64,000 nucleotides of DNA from Armatimonadota bacterium (GTDB lineage: Bacteria > Armatimonadota > UBA5829 > DTLH01). The stretch is from contig JBDKUN010000055.1 in assembly GCA_039679675.1 (NCBI GenBank), positions 1-64,000 of the forward strand, written 5' to 3'. The position numbers were made by a program, and so were the translations under genes. Below, one piece after another: positions 29,024-38,850 of the stretch (positions within the stretch are counted from its first letter, which is position 1; each line of letters opens with the position of its first letter). Below the pieces are notes generated by a model. That model worked only from the letters and a program-made list of their open reading frames with translations. It was not told the origin of the DNA and made no database searches.

Positions 29024-29443
29024 TTATGAGACGTGCTCGCCGGTGGTAGTGCAGACCAGTTTACCGTGTTTGACACCGCGAGTGCTGATAAGAGTGTCAG
29101 CTACATTCTGTACATCATCGGCTCTGCCTCGGATGATAATAACTTCGAGGCAGTTGTGGGCATCAAGATGGACATGGGTGCTGCATACAATGTTTTGGCA
29201 ATGCCGATGCTGCAGTTCAGCCAGAGTATTAGCCAGTTCATGTTCATGGTGCTCATAAACGACAGTTATGGTGCCGACTACTTCCATATCCGGGTCGGAC
29301 CACTCCGTCTTAACGAACTCCTGGCGCATAAGGTCTCGAATTGCTTCTGAACGAGAGGTATAACCTCGCTTCTTTATAAGCTCATCGAATCGAGTCAGTA
29401 TATCATCTTCTATCGACACGCCAAATCTTTCAAGAGTTGCCAA
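29024..29443 (-). CDS. nikR: Nickel-responsive transcriptional regulator NikR
   Basis: RHH N-terminus RFGVSI..SRSEAIRDL; Ni site YEHH..HVHLDAHNCLE; TTG start. Confidence 0.96.
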   Translation of the reverse strand: MATLERFGVSIEDDILTRFDELIKKRGYTSRSEAIRDLMRQEFVKTEWSDPDMEVVGTITVVYEHHEHELANTLAELQHRHCQNIVCSTHVHLDAHNCLEVIIIRGRADDVQNVADTLISTRGVKHGKLVCTTTGEHVS

Positions 29444-29543
29444 GTAATACCTCCAAATAATACTAATACTATCCTATAGTTTCAATGGAATTTGGTCAAC
29501 AATCTCTTCTTGCTGGGCGAATGCGTCTAAACGAGGGGATTTC

Positions 29544-29581
29544 TTTGGAGTGCGGAAGCGACAACTTCCGCTTTTCTATCG
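29544..29581. repeat. TTTGGAGTGCGG-type REP-like palindrome (inverted copy at 53379-53416)
   Basis: tttggagtgcggaagcgacaacttccgcttttctatcg versus the reverse complement of 53379-53416, tttggagtgcggaagcggcagcttccgcttttctatcg. Confidence 0.8.
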
Positions 29582-29715
29582 GCTTTCTCTTTTGAAACGC
29601 GAATTACGCGGATCTAGCGGATTTCGCGCTGAAGCCACCGCATGATCACTTCGGTCCAGAAAAACGGCACAAAAAAGACCACATCGGAATATCCGAAGTG
29701 ATCTATTTTGAACTG

Positions 29716-29790
29716 TGGTGGGCGATACTGGGTTCGAACCAGTGACCTCTTCGGTGTGAACGAAGCGCGCTCCCACTGCGCTAATCGCCC
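29716..29790 (-). tRNA. tRNA-Val(CAC)
   Basis: GGGCGATTAGCGCAGTGGGAGCGCGCTTCGTT-CAC-ACCGAAGAGGTCACTGGTTCGAACCCAGTATCGCCCACCA. Confidence 0.96.
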
Positions 29791-29963
29791 TCTATATTCG
29801 CGCTGATAGATACCAGAAAGCATCCTATCAACGGCTTATTTTATCACACAAGCGGAAAATGTCAAGTTTCGCATGTGTCATGGAAGGCTGGAAGCATTCG
29901 CCAACATATACAACGGCGATTATTTGAAGTAACCACGGTATTTTGCAGTATTGGACGGAAATA

Positions 29964-30041
29964 TACCATGCATGCATAAAGATAATATGATATACTGCAA
30001 TAGTTTGAACTGCTCATCTTTCACTGTAACACATTTCAACA
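29964..30041 (+). promoter_or_regulatory. Conserved upstream/promoter block of paralog B (shared with paralog C)
   Basis: 37-nt identical core cataaagataatatgatatactgcaatagtttgaact, also within 58619-58696; contains a TGnTATACT extended -10. Confidence 0.7.
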
Positions 30042-30100
30042 ATAAACTGTGACGCATTGTCCAGGAAGTCTATATTCTTACACAGGAGAGGGATGTATAG

Positions 30101-33100
30101 ATGAACAAGCACAAAGTTTTGATCTGGTCACTGGTTTTATTCGCAATTCTCTGTTCCAGTTGTTTCGGTCAGACCATAATTAGGGTTAGCCCGGGTGGAA
30201 ATGACTCTAATAATGGTTCCAGCTGGGATCTTGCTAAAAAGACAGTGCAGGCTGGCATAGATGCAGCCTCCACCAGCGGCGGAGAAATATGGGTGGCAGC
30301 CGGAACTTATTACGAACATATCACCTTGAAAACTAACTGCTACCTCTATGGTGGATTCGCGGGGACTGAGAGCCAGCGGACTGAGAGGAACTTCAACGCC
30401 AACAAGAGTATACTTGATGGTTCCAGCAACGGCTATGTTGTTGTCACAACTAGCACCTCGACTATTGCTTGTGTTGATGGGTTTACCGTTAGAAACAGCG
30501 GAAGTGACTATTATGGTATTGGCTCCGCGTCATCGAAACTGACAATAACCAATAACATTATCAGTGGAAACAGTAAATGTGGTATCTACTGTTGTTCAAG
30601 CTCAAAACCAACAATAACCAATAACACTGTCATTGGAAATAACGACGGTATTTACTGTGAATCATCATCAAGCCCTACAATAGCCAACAACATTATCAGC
30701 GCGAACAGTAGATATGGTATCTATTGTTATTCACGCGCAAAGCCTGCAATAGCTAACAATACAATTGTTGGAAATAGCAGCCATGGCATTTATTGTACTT
30801 ATTACTCAGATGCCGGAATAACCAACAACATAATTGCCTTCAATATCACTGGAATCTGCAATGAAAACTCAAGCCCAACGCTTAAGAACAACTGTGTTTA
30901 CGGCAATACTACCGACTACTCAGGTGTCACCGCAGGAGCTACAGACATATCAGTAGACCCTCTTCTTGAGAACTGGAGATGTGGCAAGTACCATATCCAG
31001 CCAGATTCATTATGCATAGATGCAGGCGACAGTTCAGTAGTTGATTCTTCATGGGTAGATATGGATGGACAGGCAAGGGTGCAGGGAACTGCTGTTGATA
31101 TTGGCGCTGACGAATCAGATGGGACGCAGTGGCAGGTTAATCCTCCCCTGGTGGTACGTGTAAGCCCCACTGGGGATAATACAAATGACGGCTCAAGCTG
31201 GGAATCAGCCAAGAAGACTGTACAAGTAGGTATAGATGCAGTCTATAACAGCGGCGGTGGCGAAATATGGGTAGCAGCAGGAGTCTATAATGAGATTGTC
31301 ACCTTAAAGGCTAACTGTTATCTCTATGGAGGGTTTGCCGGAACAGAAAGTCAAAGACAGGAACGAGACTTCAACGTAAACAAGAGCATAATAGACAATT
31401 CCGGCAGCGGCAATGTTGTCAGTGCAAGTGGATTCCCAACTGTTGCTTGCATTGATGGTTTTACAATTAGAAACGGTGGACCTAACAGATATGGCATCCG
31501 CTGTTCGTCATCAAGTCCTAGAATAAGTAACAACATAATCGACGGGAATAACTGTGGTATCTACTGCTATTTATCGGGACCTAGAATAACTAACAATATA
31601 ATCAGCGGGAATAGCAATGATGGCATATATTGTGAGTCATCAAGTCCTGCAATAGCCAACAACATAATAAAAGAGAATAATCGTGATGGCATATTCTGTT
31701 GGTCATCAAATTCTGTAATAGCCAATAACACCATCAGCACGAATGGTGAATACGGTATCAACTGTTATTTGTCAAATCCTGCAATAACCAACAACACCAT
31801 CACTACGAATAGCTACGGCATCTACTACCGCACGTCATCAAACGTTGCAACAAGTAACAACATCGTTGCCTTCAATACCACTGGGATCTATAAATATAGT
31901 GGAAGCGGAAGCCCTGTTCTAAAGAATAACTGCGTTTATGGCAACACTAACGTCAATTACGCATATACAACTGCCGGTGCTACAGACATATCGGTTGACC
32001 CTCTGTTTGAGAGTTGGAGATGCGGTAAATTCCATATCCAGTCTGGCTCACCCTGTATAAATGCTGGTGATAATTCCGTAGCTGCTTCTTCATGGGTGGA
32101 TATGGATGGACAGGCAAGGGTGCAAGGTGCATCTGTAGATATTGGTGCTGATGAGTCTGATGGGACCCTGTATATTAATATTCCTATTGTGGTCCGTGTC
32201 AGTCCCAGTGGAGACGATGTTAATGATGGCTCTAGCTGGGTACTTGCAAAGAAGACTATTCAGGCTGGTATTGACGCAGTCTTTGCTAACGGCGGTGGTG
32301 AGGTGTGGGTAGCAGCCGGTATCTACAATGAACACATCATTTCACAGGCAGATATCGGTGTCTATGGCGGGTTTGCTGGAACAGAAAGCCAAAGACAGGA
32401 ACGAAATTTCAATGCAAACAAGAGCATAATTGACGGCTCCAGCAATGGTAATGTTGTTATTGCGAATGGATTCTCAAATATTGCTTGCATTGATGGGTTT
32501 ACCATTAGAAACAGTGGAATTCATTGCGGCATTAGTTGTACGTTATCATCAAAGCCGACAATAATTAACAATACCATTAGTGAAAATAATAGGTATGGTA
32601 TCTACTGCTATTCATCAAATCCCACAATAACCAGGAATACGATCAGCGAAAATACCACTTATGGTATTTATTGCTTCTCATCGAGACCAACAATAACTAA
32701 CAACACTCTGTACTGGAATGTTGATGGTATTTGCTGCACGTCATCATCAAGTCCGACTATAACTAACAACGTGATATATGAGAATTATGGCAATGGTATC
32801 TCCTGCGATTTGTATTCAAATCCAACAATAACCAACAACTCTATCATTGGAAATAGCAGTTACGGCATCCACCTCGATACGTCAAGTCCTACATTAACTA
32901 ATAACATGGTTGCCTTTAATATCACTGGAATCTACAGATATTCTGGAAATCCAGTGCTAAAGAACAACTGTGTTTACGGCAATACTACCGACTACTCAGG
33001 CATCACTGCAGGAGTTACAGACATGTCAAAGGACCCTCTTCTTGAGAATTGGCTCTACGGCAAATGCCACATCCAGCCCGGTTCACCCTGTATAGATGCA

Positions 33101-34795
33101 GGTGACAGTTCTGTAGTTGGTTCATCCTGGGTAGACATGGATGGACAGTCAAGAATACAAGGTTCATCTATAGATATAGGTGCAGATGAATCGGACGGTA
33201 CACAGTGGACACCTAATCCTCCGCTGATAATCCGAGTCAGCCCTAACGGAAATGACTCTAACAACGGATCAAGCTGGGAACTGGCTAAAAAGACTATACA
33301 AACAGGTATAGATACAGTTTATGACAATGGCGGTGGTGGTGAAGTGTGGGTTGCAGCAGGAGTTTACAACGAGCACATCACTCTGAAGACAGACATTGGT
33401 ATTTATGGAGGATTTGCTGGAACAGAAAGTCAGAGGAATGAGCGAAACATCAACGCTAATAAGAGTATAATTGATGGTTCTCGCAGTGACCATGTTGTTA
33501 GTGCAAGAGGATTCTTAGTTATTGCTTGTATTGATGGGTTTACCATTAGAAATAGTGGAGACTCCTGTTATGGCATCTATTGCGCATATAAAGCAAGTCC
33601 TACGATAACAAATAACACTATAAGTGGTGGTATCTGCTGCGTATTATCGAGCTCTACAATAGCTAACAACCGCATAAGCGGGAATGGATCCTTAGGGATC
33701 AACTGTACGTCATCAAATCTTAGGGTAACTAACAATATAATTAGTGGAAATAGCTGTGGCATCTACTGCTATTCATCAGATCCAGCAATAACCAACAATA
33801 CAATCATTGGAAATAGCAGCTGCGGAATAGCTTGTGAGTCATCAAGTCCCACATTAACTAACAACATTATTGTCTTCAATGGTGTCGGGCTTAATAAATC
33901 TAATGAAAGCCCGATACTCCAGAACAACTGCGTCTATGGTAATACCATCAACTACGTTTCAGGCATCACTGCCGGAACCACAGATATATCGCAAGACCCT
34001 CTCTTTAGAGACAAAGACAATGGAGACTACCATCTTACCTCCACATCTCCCTGCATAAACGCAGGAGATGACACAGCAGTACAGACTGGCTGGGTTGATA
34101 TGGACGGTGAGGCACGTATTATTGGCAGCCATGTGGATATTGGTGCAGATGAATACTCAGTATTTGATGTCACAGGCACAAATGCAAAGAATACCAAAGA
34201 TACGGCATATGTGTTGGCAGCAAATATGGTAGTATCTTCGGTCTACGACGTCTTCTACTACGTCCAGGACATAAACAGAACCTACGGCATAAGAATTGAG
34301 CAATTAAAGGGGACTCTGCCGCAGGTAAACCAGATAATCTCAGTTAATGGTGTCCTTGGAACTACCACAGACGGAGAAAGATGCCTACTTAGCTATGAGA
34401 CACCTTCAGTTACAGGGCAGGAGACTCCAAAACCGCTGATGATTACCTGCAAATACATCGGTGGAGGAGACTACAGCTATGATTCAGCAGCCAAGACAGG
34501 CCAAAAGGGTGTAAAAGGCAGCTTTGGGCTGAACAACATAGGGTTATTAGTGACAGTATGCGGGACAGTAGCGGATATTGATACTGCTAATAAGAAACTC
34601 TACATAAATGACGGCTCTGCAACTGTAGCAGTATATTATGGCAGCATCACCCTGCCATCTGATGTAGTAAAAGGAGCAATGATCAAGGCCACAGGAGCCT
34701 GCAGTTGCTATAGATTAGATAATGAAAACCTCAGTCCTTTGATCCTCCTGAAGGACAGTAACAGTATAGCGGCACTGAGTACTCCTCAGCCGTAA
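30101..34795 (+). CDS. Giant secreted beta-helix repeat protein, paralog B
   Basis: 1564 aa; same four-module plus terminal-domain architecture as 313-5136. Confidence 0.9.
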   Translation: MNKHKVLIWSLVLFAILCSSCFGQTIIRVSPGGNDSNNGSSWDLAKKTVQAGIDAASTSGGEIWVAAGTYYEHITLKTNCYLYGGFAGTESQRTERNFNANKSILDGSSNGYVVVTTSTSTIACVDGFTVRNSGSDYYGIGSASSKLTITNNIISGNSKCGIYCCSSSKPTITNNTVIGNNDGIYCESSSSPTIANNIISANSRYGIYCYSRAKPAIANNTIVGNSSHGIYCTYYSDAGITNNIIAFNITGICNENSSPTLKNNCVYGNTTDYSGVTAGATDISVDPLLENWRCGKYHIQPDSLCIDAGDSSVVDSSWVDMDGQARVQGTAVDIGADESDGTQWQVNPPLVVRVSPTGDNTNDGSSWESAKKTVQVGIDAVYNSGGGEIWVAAGVYNEIVTLKANCYLYGGFAGTESQRQERDFNVNKSIIDNSGSGNVVSASGFPTVACIDGFTIRNGGPNRYGIRCSSSSPRISNNIIDGNNCGIYCYLSGPRITNNIISGNSNDGIYCESSSPAIANNIIKENNRDGIFCWSSNSVIANNTISTNGEYGINCYLSNPAITNNTITTNSYGIYYRTSSNVATSNNIVAFNTTGIYKYSGSGSPVLKNNCVYGNTNVNYAYTTAGATDISVDPLFESWRCGKFHIQSGSPCINAGDNSVAASSWVDMDGQARVQGASVDIGADESDGTLYINIPIVVRVSPSGDDVNDGSSWVLAKKTIQAGIDAVFANGGGEVWVAAGIYNEHIISQADIGVYGGFAGTESQRQERNFNANKSIIDGSSNGNVVIANGFSNIACIDGFTIRNSGIHCGISCTLSSKPTIINNTISENNRYGIYCYSSNPTITRNTISENTTYGIYCFSSRPTITNNTLYWNVDGICCTSSSSPTITNNVIYENYGNGISCDLYSNPTITNNSIIGNSSYGIHLDTSSPTLTNNMVAFNITGIYRYSGNPVLKNNCVYGNTTDYSGITAGVTDMSKDPLLENWLYGKCHIQPGSPCIDAGDSSVVGSSWVDMDGQSRIQGSSIDIGADESDGTQWTPNPPLIIRVSPNGNDSNNGSSWELAKKTIQTGIDTVYDNGGGGEVWVAAGVYNEHITLKTDIGIYGGFAGTESQRNERNINANKSIIDGSRSDHVVSARGFLVIACIDGFTIRNSGDSCYGIYCAYKASPTITNNTISGGICCVLSSSTIANNRISGNGSLGINCTSSNLRVTNNIISGNSCGIYCYSSDPAITNNTIIGNSSCGIACESSSPTLTNNIIVFNGVGLNKSNESPILQNNCVYGNTINYVSGITAGTTDISQDPLFRDKDNGDYHLTSTSPCINAGDDTAVQTGWVDMDGEARIIGSHVDIGADEYSVFDVTGTNAKNTKDTAYVLAANMVVSSVYDVFYYVQDINRTYGIRIEQLKGTLPQVNQIISVNGVLGTTTDGERCLLSYETPSVTGQETPKPLMITCKYIGGGDYSYDSAAKTGQKGVKGSFGLNNIGLLVTVCGTVADIDTANKKLYINDGSATVAVYYGSITLPSDVVKGAMIKATGACSCYRLDNENLSPLILLKDSNSIAALSTPQP

Positions 34796-34816
34796 CTCTC
34801 CGATAAACCTAGAGAG

Positions 34817-34864
34817 AAAAAGCCTTCGGCGCGAGCTTTTCGCAATGCGCCGAAGGCTTATTTT
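34817..34864. terminator. Bidirectional intrinsic terminator between convergent genes
   Basis: AAAAAGCCTTCGGCGC..GCGCCGAAGGCTTATTTT. Confidence 0.8.
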
Positions 34865-34908
34865 ATTATCCCGTGGTAGTTATGCTCTATAATCAAGCCT
34901 ATTGGCGA

Positions 34909-37089
34909 TTAGGGCGTTTCTACGTCAGCCTGCTTCCTTAGCCGGAAGGCGCTGAGCGCGTAACCTCTGGCTACGTTATAGGATTGAGACCTTACTCTAA
35001 ATGTACCGCTTGCGGAAGGCTTGATGTTGATCCATCTAGCCACATAACCGGCGCTGTTATCACTGCAATTGAACCAAACTGTATCGTCATTTATCTTATT
35101 AGCCATAGCCGAACATGCATAGGTGCGGTCTGTGTAATCGAGAATAATAAACTCGCTACAAAAAAGGCCATTGATTTCATTCTTATTTACAGTGCCTACG
35201 AATTCATACAGCACATTTGGATCCAGCCCTTCGAATGTTATATCCATCCACCAGTGATTATAAGGTACGTTATAAGCATAGGGCGTTCCCGCAAAGTTCA
35301 CTATCCACTGCGGATTTGCAGGATCGCTAAGATTTGCAAAGTATTTCTCGGCATCCGAGCCAGCAACAGGATTAGCGCCATTAGTCAGAATCGGAGCTAA
35401 GTTGTATGATGTAACGGTTACCCTCTCCGAAACGTAATTGCCGCTAGCATAGTCCTTGAGGAACCCACCCGGCACATCATTTGCACTGCCGTTATAGTTA
35501 GCGAAGCTGTATTTAGTGATATTCGTTGCCGGCCCATTACTGGCGAAATACGCTAAGTCGTTATAAGCCGTGAATGTCGGGACATAATCTATGCCTTTTG
35601 TCGTTATTATGGACGGAACAGGGGTTGTGCTGTCGGCCATGAATACCGTCATCGGCCCTTCTCTTGCAAGGAATTCCCCTACACGTATAAAGCCGGCCGG
35701 CAGGTTCGTGGAATCATCTACTTTTACATAGAGCCCTTTGTGATTTCCTGCCGTGATACCGCTTCCATCGTCAAGATAGTAACCTGCGATCTTGGTATTA
35801 TCTGTGCTGTTGACGACTTCCGTTACCTTACCCGATACCTTTACAAAGAGCCCCTGTGCGGTGGCACCTGCCTTGTCGAACTCATTTGCAACCTTGCCTG
35901 TTATAGCTACAGCCGGAACGGAAAAACTGCCGGCAGTGACTATATCATCTGCCTGAAGTGCAACTTCATTGTTCTGTTTCACTATCTTGCCGAAGATTAT
36001 AGCTTTCTGTCCTACAGTAGGTTTGGCTGTCGAGATTACCTTGATACCAGACGATCTGTCAGAATTCTCCACCCAGAAAGCATTAGTAGTGCTTGCTGTT
36101 ATTATGACATTATTTATGGAAACAGGAGTATCGGCTGCGGCAGCCCTGGCTTCTGCAACTGTGTTGAATGCCACAGGAACCGCAGCGCCTGCCTTTATGT
36201 TGTCGAAATAGGCAACCGTACCAGTAGTTGCATCTGCTGCTTCATATCCATAGAGGTAAATATATGCATCATCCGCAACTAAATCATTGTTGCCTTCTCC
36301 CAGCCAAACATCATTGACGAACACATCGAAATGGCTGCCTGTCTTGAGCACCGTAATTCTGGCCGGATATGCACACGGTGACGCCTTTTGCCAGAGATTC
36401 ATTCCATCCACCCAGCAGTTCAGGTTAGGGTTTGTCGATGTAGCAGCATGGTCCTGCAAATCGAAATAATTACTATAATTGGAGAACTTGTCCTTGATTA
36501 TGCAGAAACACTGATTTTCTCCCTGGTATATCTTAGGTAGCACATACTCATACGAGCCACATTTAGGAAATGCAGTCTTGCTTATGATCCCGCCCCTGAC
36601 CGGAGCCGCATCTATATTCAACATACCGCCTGTTGTGGAAACCACTGCATCGGTCGAAAATCCACTGATGACGCTGTTGAACGGTTCCCATTTGCTCATG
36701 TCGACTTCAGTCTCTGAGAAATCGTCATAGAGAGGTGTCCGGCCATATGGAAGGTCTATATTCGCCGTCACATTAACGTCGTTCACATTGACGCTCTGAT
36801 CTACAACAGGAACTGCCTTAATGGCATTGGCTGTGATACTGCAGGTTCCGCCGGTTGCAACACCTGCAAAACTATAGTGACCACTGGAGTCTGTCTTGGT
36901 TGTCATAGATGCACCCGATGTATCATTAAGAACTACACGGGCATCAGGACATGGAATACCGCCTCTTGTTACGGTTCCTGAAACTGTTGACTGCGCATAT
37001 GATGCTAATCCTGCACAAAAGACAAGGACCATCACTGCAGCCATGAGTGTCAACTTATAAGCTGACACTGCACGTAGGTTTCTACGCAT
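34909..37089 (-). CDS. Secreted multidomain protein (carboxypeptidase-regulatory-like domain, lectin-like region, internal copy of the shared OB-like domain)
   Basis: 726 aa, signal peptide, TVSGTVT..TDSSGHYSF; internal AFWVENSDRSSGIKV..GLFVKVSGKV..YYLDDGSG. Confidence 0.8.
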   Translation of the reverse strand: MRRNLRAVSAYKLTLMAAVMVLVFCAGLASYAQSTVSGTVTRGGIPCPDARVVLNDTSGASMTTKTDSSGHYSFAGVATGGTCSITANAIKAVPVVDQSVNVNDVNVTANIDLPYGRTPLYDDFSETEVDMSKWEPFNSVISGFSTDAVVSTTGGMLNIDAAPVRGGIISKTAFPKCGSYEYVLPKIYQGENQCFCIIKDKFSNYSNYFDLQDHAATSTNPNLNCWVDGMNLWQKASPCAYPARITVLKTGSHFDVFVNDVWLGEGNNDLVADDAYIYLYGYEAADATTGTVAYFDNIKAGAAVPVAFNTVAEARAAAADTPVSINNVIITASTTNAFWVENSDRSSGIKVISTAKPTVGQKAIIFGKIVKQNNEVALQADDIVTAGSFSVPAVAITGKVANEFDKAGATAQGLFVKVSGKVTEVVNSTDNTKIAGYYLDDGSGITAGNHKGLYVKVDDSTNLPAGFIRVGEFLAREGPMTVFMADSTTPVPSIITTKGIDYVPTFTAYNDLAYFASNGPATNITKYSFANYNGSANDVPGGFLKDYASGNYVSERVTVTSYNLAPILTNGANPVAGSDAEKYFANLSDPANPQWIVNFAGTPYAYNVPYNHWWMDITFEGLDPNVLYEFVGTVNKNEINGLFCSEFIILDYTDRTYACSAMANKINDDTVWFNCSDNSAGYVARWINIKPSASGTFRVRSQSYNVARGYALSAFRLRKQADVETP

Positions 37090-37583
37090 TCTACCTTTCT
37101 ACCTCTCTTTCAACTAAGCAATTACGGATGTAAATTCACACCTGAAATCAATAACTGTAATACAGCCAGAAAATCTATGCTGCGAACTGCACTATACCAA
37201 AAACGCAACTGAGGTTGACCGTAATCGATCAACCTCAGTGTATTATTACATCTGACCACTATGTCTTTTGTTCATTCAGGGCACTAGGCACTACTTCGTG
37301 CTTTTGCATACATCGACTATACACTCGAATACGCCTATAAGCAGGTACCATCTTCATTTAACGGATAATCTGTGATTTGATAGCGACAAGTGCCTTAGCT
37401 ATACTCTTTATATACCATGCGCTTGTTTGCTTGTCAAACAAATTTAGATATTAATGTATATGCAGAGCGATTATGTTCCCTATGGCTGCAAACCGAAACT
37501 GAGAGTACGGCTGGGACTTGCATTAAGAGCTATAATACGGAAGAAAATTGAAGAAAATGCCGTCAGTAGGTAATCAAATGCGG

Positions 37584-37628
37584 AAAAAGCCTCTTTCGCA
37601 AACTCACTTGACTGCGAAAAAGGCTTTT
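37584..37628 (-). terminator. Terminator downstream of tRNA-Leu
   Basis: AAAAGCCTCTTTCGCA..TGCGAAAAAGGCTTTT inverted repeat. Confidence 0.7.
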
Positions 37629-37638
37629 ATAAGCGTGA

Positions 37639-37725
37639 TGGTGGGGATGAGAAGAGTCGAACTTCCACGGGCGTAATGCCCACTTGGCCCTCAACCAAGC
37701 GCGTCTACCATTCCGCCACATCCCC
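37639..37725 (-). tRNA. tRNA-Leu(GAG)
   Basis: GGGGATGTGGCGGAATGGTAGACGCGCTTGGTT-GAG-GGCCAAGT + long variable arm + GTTCGACT..CATCCCCACCA. Confidence 0.96.
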
Positions 37726-37803
37726 GTACCAGTGTATATTTTACTGTGAGTGACTCCGCTTGTCAAGACGTAAATTTACGTTTTTCTGCAGTTTTACGGC
37801 ATA

Positions 37804-37841
37804 CCCCTCATCCCAACCTTCTCCCGCAAGGGGAGAAGGAG
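37804..37841. repeat. REP-like palindrome
   Basis: CCCCTCATCCCAA-CCTTCTCCC-GCAAG-GGGAGAAGG-AG. Confidence 0.6.
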
Positions 37842-37932
37842 CTGATTGTGCAAATTCTTAAAATCAGTGTCACAATATTCCGCTATGGTTTCGGCTACGA
37901 TGAAGTATTCCAAAATTTAATCTTATGTGATT

Positions 37933-38829
37933 CTACCTACTCTTAAGACTTTCACGGACTTGTTTCCAATCTTTGCCAGATTCGGCAGCTCTGACAAGAT
38001 CGAATACATAATCAAGATCGCCAATAACCTTCTGCCAGTATTGATTTGGATGGGATATAAAGTTTTTCTGTTTAAGCATAATATACAGATTGATTTTGTC
38101 AATTTGACAATAATCAACATTACATTCCTTTAAGGGCACTAACAGAAAAGCCATCGTAAACTCTAGATATATAAGAAGTAGAAAGTCTAATATATTGTTA
38201 CATATTTCGATTAGCAGTTCATCCTGCTCAAAACCTAAAGATAGTGGTTCCGTCTGGCCGTTTTTACCAATTTCGACTATTTGCTTTAATACTGAAAACT
38301 TATAAGAGTGTGCCATCGCAGACAGAATCTCATATTCGTTCCATCCAAGCTTTAAATCCTCCTTGATAAAGTTCGTCAGTTTGAACTGGCGTGGAACTTT
38401 TTTACCGCGCGCATAGCTGTAGTAAGTGTCATCCGGATATAGTGACACAAAGATAATTCTAAGAAAGGCTTCGTATGCCACCCTTGCCAAGACTAGACAA
38501 TCCACATAATAACCCTTTATCAGCCTATCGAAAGCTGAGTAGATAGGTTTTATATTTTCTGCCTCCATAATATGCTGAACAATTCGATTTCTAGGCCATT
38601 TGGTGTGATCTGCCCAAGAGTTTGCATATCCAATGGCACTTACAAGCACATCGTAACCAGCCTCAAACTGCCTACAGAATCTGCCGTAATTCGACTCCAT
38701 AAATTCCTGATTTTTACTCTCGCACTGCCGCAACCACAAAGTAGTGTTGCTTGGCAACTGTTCATTACAGAACGCGTCAAACTGGAGTGTTAATTCGTCT
38801 AGATCGACACCTTCTCTTGTTTGGCCCAT
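37933..38829 (-). CDS. Hypothetical helical protein, possibly HEPN/DUF5677-like
   Basis: 298 aa, AT-rich; LARVAYE and YEILSAMAH motifs. Confidence 0.6.
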   Translation of the reverse strand: MGQTREGVDLDELTLQFDAFCNEQLPSNTTLWLRQCESKNQEFMESNYGRFCRQFEAGYDVLVSAIGYANSWADHTKWPRNRIVQHIMEAENIKPIYSAFDRLIKGYYVDCLVLARVAYEAFLRIIFVSLYPDDTYYSYARGKKVPRQFKLTNFIKEDLKLGWNEYEILSAMAHSYKFSVLKQIVEIGKNGQTEPLSLGFEQDELLIEICNNILDFLLLIYLEFTMAFLLVPLKECNVDYCQIDKINLYIMLKQKNFISHPNQYWQKVIGDLDYVFDLVRAAESGKDWKQVRESLKSR

Positions 38830-38850
38830 GTGTATACCACCTAAAACTTT

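Noticed and set aside
29576..29823. Short ORFs at 29576-29823, and the ORF at 37563-37766
   Set aside because: They overlap tRNA-Val and tRNA-Leu respectively and are spurious.
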